DNA from: Cirrosporium novae-zelandiae | Lineage: Eukaryota | Assembly: GCA_026023565.1 (NCBI GenBank) | Contig: JAPETS010000011.1 | Coordinates: 124,001-188,000 of the forward strand | Reading direction: 5' to 3' | Length of the DNA stretch: 64,000 bases | Shown: positions 54,471-64,000 of the stretch, in pieces | Layout of the letters: every line of letters starts with the position of its first letter | Numbering within the stretch: the stretch's first letter is position 1 | The notes under the pieces: model-generated | Database searches by the model: none | What the model saw: only the letters and a program-made list of their open reading frames with translations | What the model was told of the DNA's origin: nothing | Translations under genes and position numbers: made by a program

Positions 54471-57400
54471 AATAATGAATATTTATTGTTTTAAATCTAT
54501 ATATCGCTTAGAAGCTATAATGGACTTTATTTAAAGGTTGTAAAGGTTTTTTATAATTTTTTTCGGGTTTATTTTTACCTAAAATAATTGGGGTTAATCC
54601 CTCTAATTCGGTTATATAGTCTCCCCCCTTTTTTGGTTTTCTAGAATTATTGGATTTATTTAACCGGATAATTTTTAACGTTATTTTGATATCCGAATTC
54701 TCTAAATAAATTTATTCGTATTTATTTTCGATTTTTGGTTTTTATATTTTATATATATATGTATTTTTTTTTTATTACGGGCCTAATTTTTATTTAATAT
54801 TTAATTCGTTTAGATTTATTTTTTTTTATATCCGGGTTCTATTTATTTTTTCGCGTTTAATTTAGAATTAAGGTTGTTTTATTTCCGTATTATTTAAAAA
54901 ACGTATCTAATTTTTCGAAAGTTTTCGGTTTTTTAATACGAAAACCAGTTTTTTTTTATTAATTATATTAGATTATCGACTTTTTTATATTTTTATTATT
55001 TTTTGTAAACGGGTTCTAATTATTTTTTACCGCGGATATATTAATATTAAATAAAAAATATTTTAGAATAATAATAATTTTTATATAATATATATATTTT
55101 TTAATAACGGCGTATTTTATTTTTAATTAATAAAATTTATTTATTAATTTTTTCGATATATATTTTAATACCCGATTGTTTTTATATTTTAAATATATTT
55201 AATAAAATTTATCGAATAATTATTTTATTTTTTAATTATATAATTAATTATATATTTTTATAATTTATTTTTCGATTATATTACGGATTATATAAATTAA
55301 CGAAATTTATTTAATTATTTTATTATTTTTTAATATTATATTTATTTTAGCCGTTTAATTTATTATTTCGTTTTTTAATATTTTATAATATTTTAAAATG
55401 TATTTAATTACGATTTTCGTTTTTTAATTAATTAAATATTTAATATATTTATATATTATTTATATAATTATTTGATTTTATTTTAATTTTTTTTTTTCGA
55501 TTTATTTAATCGTTGTTTATAAATCGAATAATAATATTATTATTATTTCTAAAATTATTTATATTTAAAATTTTTTATTAAATAGTTTTTTATTTTAACC
55601 GAAATAATATTTCCGTATTATTTACGGGGTTTTTTCGATTATTTTTTAAATTATTTTTATTTTTATTCTGCGGTTGTTTAATTTAGATTTATTCGATTAA
55701 TATACGTTTTTTTAATTTTACGTTAATATTTCGCGATTATTTAAATTTTTTAGATTATCGTTATAATTAAATATTAATTTAATATATTTTTTTAATTTTT
55801 TAAATTTATAAAAAAATCTTTTATAATTATTTTTTTAATTAAACGTTTACGTTTTTTATTTTTAATATTATAAATAATATTTGGTTTTTTAAATTTTTTT
55901 TATTAGATTTTGTATATATATATATAAATTAAGATTATAATTGGTACAATTATTTAGCCCGTAAATCCCGTAAATAATTTATTTCGATAATATATATATT
56001 TAATTACGTTTTTCTCGCGTTTAATTTTAATTAAACATTAGACGTAATAAATTTAAAAATTAAATTTCGGATTTAATTATATATTTAATTATCGTATATA
56101 ATTTTTTTTATATTCTATTAAATAATTAATGATTTTAATTTTCGATTTAATATTTATTTAGATTTAATATTTTCGTAATTTAAAAACAATTTTAATTTTA
56201 ATTTATTTTATTTTTTATTAAACCGTTATTTTCGTTATTTATTAAATAATTTTCTTGGTTTATTTATTATTTATATAAATAATCGAGAAATTTACGTCGT
56301 CCACGAATAATAAGGTTTTAATTCTAAAAATTATTTATTCTACGGCTGCGAATAGCCCGTTGCAATATATCAGAAATAATATTAAAAATATAAATAATTT
56401 TTATAATATCCCTATTTTTATATTAATTCGGAATTATATTTTTTTATCGATTATTAATTCGATATTTTATTAAATTATAAAACTCATTATTTATTTACTA
56501 ATAATTTTATTAATTTTTAATTATTTTAAATATTATATTAATTTAAATTATAATATATAATTAAACGTTTTTTTAATATTTATAAATAAAATATAAATTA
56601 TTTATTTTTAATTAAATTTTTTTTATTCGATATATTAAATACGTAAATATATCGATTATATTTCGATTATATTTTAAATTTTTATTTGTATTTTATATAT
56701 ATAACGTTTTTTATACCGTTTTTTCGGATAATTATTAAATGTATATTATTTTTTATCGAAAATTGATATTCGGGGTCTTTTAAAAATAACGGAAAAATTC
56801 GTTTTTATATGAAAATATTTTTATTTTTAATTTTTATTATTATTTTTTTATTGTTTATACGCAACGTTAATATTAGATTTCGGTTTTCAAATTTATAATA
56901 TTTTAATATTTTTTATTTATATTATATTTTTTCGGGATTTAAAAATTTATTTTAATCGTTTTTTTTATATATATATTTACAAAAAATCGATTTATTTATT
57001 TTCTTTTTTATTTTTTTATAAATTCGGTATTTTTATTTTAATTTTTTTTTAAATATTATATAATATTAATATTTTTTAATAATACATTCGGGATTTTATT
57101 AAATTTCCGATTAAATATATATTTGTTTTAATTTTATATATTTATTTAAAATAGTTTGTAATTAAATAATAATTTTTTATATTTTATTTTTTAATTACGA
57201 TTTTATATAATTTATAATTAATATATTTTTCGTAATTAATTAAAATCTTTATTTTTATTTCGTTTTAATTTATTATTAAAGATTTTTTAATAATTTTAAA
57301 TTTTATAAATTCGGGATTAATTAATTCGTTTTTAAACGTTAATTTTTTTATTCGAATTAAATAAAAACGTAATCTAAATTAATTTTTAATTTATTATTTA

Positions 57401-59904
57401 TATTATCGATTACCGCGTTTATTAATTATTTTTAAAACAATTTTATCGCAGAATTAATTATAAATATTAAATTTTTTTATTAATATTATTTTATTTCCGT
57501 TAAAAATAAATTTTTATTTTATATTTTATAAAAAATTTTTAAATTTTTATTATCGGTTTTATTTTTAAAAATATATATTTTTTAATTTTTAATCGTAAAT
57601 ATTAATTATTTTAATCGGATTTTTTATTTTTTTATTTACGTTTATTATATTAATATTTTATATTCCGAAATGAAAATTATTAATTAAATCGGTTTTTATA
57701 ATTATTTTAAATACGATTTTTTTTCGATTTTTATATATAATTATAACCGTTTTTACAATTTTATTTTTTATTTAAATTTTTAATTCGTATTAATAAAAAT
57801 TTTATATTAAATATAATATATTTTTTTTTAATTTTTAATTAAATTTTTATAATAATATTATATCCGTTTCGATTTATATAATTAATTTTAAAATTATAAT
57901 TATTATATCGTATTTTTTATAATAATTATATTATAATATTTTTATTTAAAATTTGGATATATTGTTATTTATTTATAATACAGATATTACTAGTATTTTT
58001 AATATTATCAGTATTTCCGGTGTTATTTACGTTTTTCTTTTTATTTTTTCTGGGATTAATTGGGGAACTTTTAATTTTTAATTAAAATTCTATAAATTTT
58101 TTTTTAGAAGGATAAATATATAAAATAATTATATAATATTTTTTCGGCGTTTTCTTTTCGTATAATCTATTTCTGTCTTTCAGGCCGCAGAATATTTTCC
58201 GTTAATAATTATATAAAGACCTGAACAATTTATATATTTTAACGGGATATATATATAAATCTCCGAATATACAGGCCTATATTTTATTATCCGACACCAA
58301 TGGTTTTACGTTTCGTATATTTCCGCGTATATCGTATATTTCGGAGATCTATTTTTATATTCCAGGAATAATTTATATTTTAATTAAACGTATTTTAAAT
58401 ATATTTTATTTATTTCTAACGTAAATTATTCGCGTATATTAAAATTTATATTTTATTAAATAATAATTTTCGGTTTTTTATTTTTTATATATTATAAACG
58501 GGAATTTTATTTTAATTAAAATAATATATTTTTTTAATATAAATCTGATTTGTATTTATTTTTAATAATATTTTTCCGGTTTTATTTATACGATTATCGT
58601 ATTTCGGAATAATTAAGAAATCTTTTTTAAATTTTTAAATATAAAATTTTTAATAAATATATATTTATTATTATATTATTTATTTTCGTTATAATTTTTA
58701 AAATTTCTTATTTATATTTAAATAATATTATATCCGTATTAATTTTTAAATTTTTTTTTTTTATTAATATAGGTTTTCCGTATCCGTAATTTAGATAATA
58801 TATTTAAATTAATTAATTTAATATTAATTGCCGTTATTATTAATATTATAAAACCCGAATATTCGGTTTTTTCTCTATTAAAAACTTAATACTTTCTAAT
58901 TTTCAAATTTTATATCCCCGTTTACGGAACGAATATATTTTTATTTTCGGGATTTAATTATTTATTCTTTTTCGTTAGATTTATTTATTATTTTATTGGT
59001 TATTTTTATATAAATAGTCCCGGTAATTTTTAACGTTTATTTTGTAAAAACCTATTTCGGGGTTTTAAATATTAACGGTAGGGATTTTTTCCGGCTGTTT
59101 TTATTATTTATTAGAAATTTTTCTAGATTTTTTTATTCGTTTATATCGTTATCCACGTATTCGGTATTTACGATCCGGTTATTATTTTCGTTCGGAATAT
59201 TATTAAAAAAAATATTATATTTTTTTTTATTATCCGTTCGGATTTAATAATTAGGATTATATAACCCCCGTTTATAGAATTTTTTATTTTATTATACGTA
59301 ATTTCTGCGGTTTTTATCCGGATTTATAATATCTGGATTATTATTACAAATTTTTTTTTAATTATTATAAATTTTTATTCGATTATATATAATTTTTTTT
59401 AATTTTTTTTTAAATTTTTATAATTTTATTATCTCGTTTTTTTAAAACGATTATTCGGGTTTTTAAACCGAAAAATATTTTTTATAATTGTACCGTAAAA
59501 TCGTCGGTTTTTAAAATCTAATATATTTTTTCTCCAATTACGGGAAATATATATATTATTATATATTTAATTGTTTATTCGATTAAACCATTTTAATTAT
59601 TAATTTATTTTTTTTGTAAAATTTTTTAACGCTGTTTTCACGTTTAATTATTTTTTTTTTAATATAAAGATTGTAATACCGAATCGCTAGATTTTATTAT
59701 AAAATTTTATTCCGGTTCGTTCAATTCGTTTTTTAGGCGCTGTCGTTTTTTCGTATCCGTCTTATTCTCGTTGGCAGTACGTATTTTTTTAGCCCCCGAT
59801 TGTTCCCCGCTATTATTAGGTTTTATAGACCTTAGATCAACGTTAAGTATTTCGTATAACGGTTGTCACAATAGTGAATTGATTTGGTGGCGTGGGGTCA
59901 CCAA
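54471..59904 (-). mobile_element. LINE family A, near full-length, inverted
   Basis: Degenerate tail at 54471; FVDD on the minus strand (~56296-56307); 5' end GGGGTCACCAA at 59894-59904. Confidence 0.9.
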
Positions 59905-60229
59905 AAAATCTTCTTATTGTGAAACCGCTAATTTATTAAAATATTAATATTTTCATAAAATAAATAGGCTAAATTCAAAAAATAATATGATTTTCTAGGA
60001 AATATAAATTCTAAAAAGACTTTCCTCGCCTATAATTTTGCAAAAACCTAAAAAATTAAAAAGTTGCTCCCTATTTATTATAAATTAAACAATAATAAAA
60101 ATAAAATTATAAATTTCTAGAATAAATACGTGATTTTTATAAAAGCCTATTTCTTAAACCGCCCGAAACCGATCCTCTGAATTTGAATAAATTTCAAGTA
60201 AATGCAAATTAGGAATAATCTGAATTTAC

Positions 60230-60345
60230 TGATAATAATAATTATTCATTGTTTTATATCCATATATTGCTTAGAAGCTATGACGGATTTTATTTAGGGG
60301 TTTTGAGGTTTTTTTTTTTTTTTTTTTTATATTTTTTTTTTTAAC
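60230..60345 (-). mobile_element. LINE family A, very short 3'-end fragment followed by a poly-T run
   Basis: Tail plus TTAGAAGCTATGACGG 3' UTR. Confidence 0.75.
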
Positions 60346-63300
60346 GCGATAGTGGATATACGCCCACTAGAAACCCTGCATTGGGCAAAAATACAGGGGG
60401 TGCCCCTAGAAATATTTGGGGGTCCAGATGGGCTAAATCTAATAAGAAAAGACCTAGAAAGTGCTTATTAATTACCCCGAGACACGGTAGTCGCATAGGT
60501 AACACCAGAGAAATACCGCCAAAAACGGGTACGAACCGGGCTTATATTAGGGAGGTATACTATCTCGGTCAAAATAGGGCTCCCATTTATAATATACGAA
60601 AAATAAAGAATCGAAAACTGTTATTTAGCGGGACGCAGGTTTCGATACATCCGATAGTTCACGCTAGGAATAAATAAAACGTGCCCAAGATGCGCCCAAT
60701 TGGGGCATAAATCATTCCTGGAATATAGGGATAGAGCCCCTAGGTGTACTATATACGCGGAAATATACGAAACGTAAAACCACCGGTATCGGATAGCAGG
60801 ATGCAAGCCCGCGTATACGGGGGCTTGTATATATATTCTATTGAAATATGCAAACTGTCTAGGCCTTTATATGGCCACGGACGGAAGGTGCCCAGCTGCC
60901 CGAAGGGCAGGGGCAGAATATACGAGGAAAAAACGCCGAAAGGGCGTTATATAGTCGTTTTACGTGCTTATCTTTCTAAAAAAAAAAACAAACCTACAGA
61001 ATCTTAATCAAGGACTAAAGGCCCCCGAATCAGAAACCCAGAAAAGAATAGGGGAAGAAACGCAAATAATACCCGAAATATCGATAATACCGAAAATATC
61101 GGTAACACCCGTACCGCAGATAAATAGCGATATATCCGAATTATAAATAAAAATATTACAATATAATTATTATAAAAAATACGATATAACGATTATAATT
61201 CTAGAATCGGTTATATAAACCGGAGCGGATATAATATTATTGCAGGAATCTGGCTAAAAATTAAAAAAAAAAATATTATACCCGGCGTAGGATTTTTATT
61301 GGCCCGAATTAGGGGCCCAAACGGGGAATAAAACCGCAAAAACGGTTACTACTATATATAGAAATCGAAAAAATATCGTATTTAAAATAACCGTAAAAAC
61401 CGATTTAATTAATTATTTTTATTTCGTAGCGCTGGATGATGATTATTGATTGTTTTATATCTATATATCGCTTAGAAGCTATAACGGACTCTACTCGGGG
61501 GTTTTTAGGCCTTTTTATATCCCTTTTCGGGCTTATTTTTAACTACGGTAGTGGGGGTTACCCCCCTGGTTCGGCTATATAGTTTCCCTCTTTTTTTTAG
61601 GTTTCCTAGAATCACCTGATTTATTTAACCGGATAGTTTTTTAACGTTATTTCGGTGTTCGTAGCTTATAAATAAGCTCACTCGTATTTATTTTCGATTT
61701 TTTCCGTTTTTATTTATATATACGTTTATTCCGCGTTTTTATTACGGGCCCAATTTTTATTTAATATCTATTTCTGGATCGTTTTTTTTTCCGTGTCCGG
61801 ATTCTATCTATCCCTAATCTAAATACGTTTCACGATTTTTTATTTCGTATTTAGTCTAGTATTAGGATTTTTTTATTTCCGTATCGTCTAAAAAACGTAT
61901 CTAATTTTTAAAAAATCTTCGGTTTTTTAATATTAATATTAGTTTTTTTTTTTCGGTTATATTGGGTTATTAATTTTTTTATTTTTTTATTATTTTTTAT
62001 AATCGGGTTTTAATCGTTCTTTAACGCGGGTATATTAATATTAAATAAAAAACGTTTTAATATAGAATTTCGTATTATTAATATTCCGGGATAATAATAA
62101 TTTTCGTATAGTATATATATTTTTCGGTAGCGGCGTATTTTATTTTTATTTAATAAAATTTATTTATTAATTTTTTAAACGTGTATTTTAATATCCGATC
62201 TTTTTTATATTTCGGGTATATTCGATACGATTTATCGGGCGATTTTTTTATTTTTTAATTATATAATTAATTATACGTTTTTATAATTTATTTTTCCGTT
62301 ATATTATAAATTATATAAATTAACGAAATTTATTTAATTATTTTATTATTTTTTAACGCCGCGTTTATTTTAATCGTTTAATTTATTATTTCGTTTTTTA
62401 GTATTTTATAATATTCTAAAATTTATTTAATAATAATTTTCGTTTTTTAATCGATTAAATATTTAATATATTCGTATATTTTTTATACGATCGTTTAATT
62501 TTTTTTTAATTTTTTTTTTCGATCCGTCTAATAGCCGTTTGCGAATCAAATAATATTATTATTTTTTTTTCGGGGGTTTTATAATTATTTAGTTACGTTT
62601 TAGTCGTTATTTATAAAATTATTTATATCCCCTAAAATTTTATATCGAATATTTTTTTATTTTAATTTAAATAATATTTCCGTATTATTTATAAAAATTT
62701 TTCGGTTATTTTTTAGATTATTCCTATTTTTATTTTGCGGTTTTTTAATTTAGATCCGTCCGATTAATATACGTTTTTCCAGCCCTATATTAGCGTCTCG
62801 CTGAAAATCTATTATTTTAGCAATATTATTATTTTTTTTAAAAATTTATTTTTTTCGGTTATTTAGATTTTTTTAATTCTAAAAATCGGATTTATTATTT
62901 TTTAGATTATCGTTATAATTAAATATTAATTTAATATATTTTTTTTAATTTTTTGGATTTATTAAAAATTTTTTAGCGGTTATTTTTTTAATTAAACGTT
63001 TACGTTTTTTATTTTAAACGTTATCGGTAGTATTAAATTCGTTAAATTTTTTTCGATTTTTTAAAAATACCGAAATCTATATTTTTTTTACGTGGTATTT
63101 AATATTACGTCTGCGGGATATATACAGGCTTTCTATATAATCACTGCTATTGGGGTTATTTTATAGGCCCCCGTTATTAGTCTGGCAAGCCTATTCAGCA
63201 GCTTTTGAAATTCTGCCTGATAGCCGGCTTGCCCCCTCCACCAGACCTCACACCCGTAGATGTAGGTTGACACTATAGTTGCTACTTCGTAGCGCTGGAT

Positions 63301-64000
63301 ATCAGTAGGATAAACGCAGACGGAAAAATAAAAAACCCGGTTAGAATAATTAACGTCTACAATCAAAAATTGAAAAACGTATATTTTTAAAAATAAAACC
63401 GATAATAAAAATTTAAAAAAACTCTATAAAATATAGAATAAAAACTTATTTTTAATAAAAATAAAATAATATTAATAAAAAATTTTAATATCTATAATTT
63501 AATATAAAAACCCGAATAAATTATTTATATAAACGACGCGTTTTTAATAACGTTTATAAAAAAATAAAATTTAATTATATAAAACGATACCGTCTAAAAT
63601 ATTTAATTCGGAAAAAAATCGGCTCGTTATTTAATAATTGATTTAATAATAATTAATCCCGTTATAGAATTATTTTAGAAATAATTAACGGGCGTTATAA
63701 CCGATAACGTAAATAATAAATTAAAAATTAATGTAAACTACGTTTTTATTTAATTCGAATAAAAAAATTAACGCCTAAAAATAAATTAATTAATCCCGAA
63801 TTCGTAAAATCTAAAATCGCTGGAAAACCCCCAATAATAAATTAAAATTAAATAAAAATAGGAATTTTAAATAATTACGAGAAATATATTAATCGTAAAT
63901 TATATAGAATCGTAATTAAAAAATAAAATATAAAAAGTTATTATTTAATTAAAAATTATTCTAAATAAATATATAAAATCTAAACGGATATACGTTTAAT
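60346..64000 (+). mobile_element. LINE family A internal portion (ORF1 knuckles to endonuclease), split by a nested inverted copy; runs off the window
   Basis: 60682-60900 reads CPRCAQLGH, CTI[Y]AE, K[Y]ANCLGL[Y]MATDGRCP (three RIP-damaged CCHC knuckles); resumes at 63286 collinear with 49875 onward. Confidence 0.85.
61438..63285 (-). mobile_element. LINE family A, 5'-truncated, nested in another A copy with 15-bp TSD
   Basis: TTCGTAGCGCTGGAT at 61423-61437 and 63286-63300; the truncated end encodes post-RT YGCEVWW..QKLLNRLARLITGAYK.TP. Confidence 0.92.

Larger units (their letters stand above)
24350..64000. repeat. AT-rich RIP-mutated retrotransposon block (heterochromatin-like)
   Basis: Abrupt drop in GC. 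Copies of the same element differ almost only by C>T/G>A changes; TpA is abundant, CpA/TpG depleted; no intact long ORFs. Confidence 0.95.

Noticed and set aside
63133..63366. 77-aa ORF as an independent gene
   Set aside because: Chimeric read-through across the TSD junction of a truncated LINE ORF2.
24350..64000. AT-rich block as mitochondrial insertion, contamination or CRISPR-like array
   Set aside because: The repeats are kb-scale LINE copies with RT/RNase H motifs, TSDs and a RIP transition pattern; no organellar genes or repeat-spacer periodicity.

Overview
Filamentous ascomycete DNA with two sharply different compartments. Positions 1 to ~24.3 kb are gene-rich, with 10 intron-containing genes: a sulfotransferase-like P-loop protein, a cytochrome P450, an ammonium transporter resembling plant AMT2/MEP-alpha rather than standard fungal MEP, an MFS transporter, and then six consecutive genes for secreted or GPI-anchored proteins (DUF3237-like, BIM1/X325-like lacking His1, a Cys-rich GPI protein, two remote G1 glutamic-peptidase-like proteins and a bacterial-type solute-binding protein). 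From ~24.35 kb to the end is an extremely AT-rich block mutated by repeat-induced point mutation (RIP). It consists almost entirely of nested LINE (non-LTR) retrotransposons of at least three families (here A, B, C), with readable target-site duplications (TSDs), a range of RIP ages, and a head-to-head LINE arrangement around a conserved ~90-bp spacer that occurs twice. Family assignments come from motif recognition by eye; no database searches were run.
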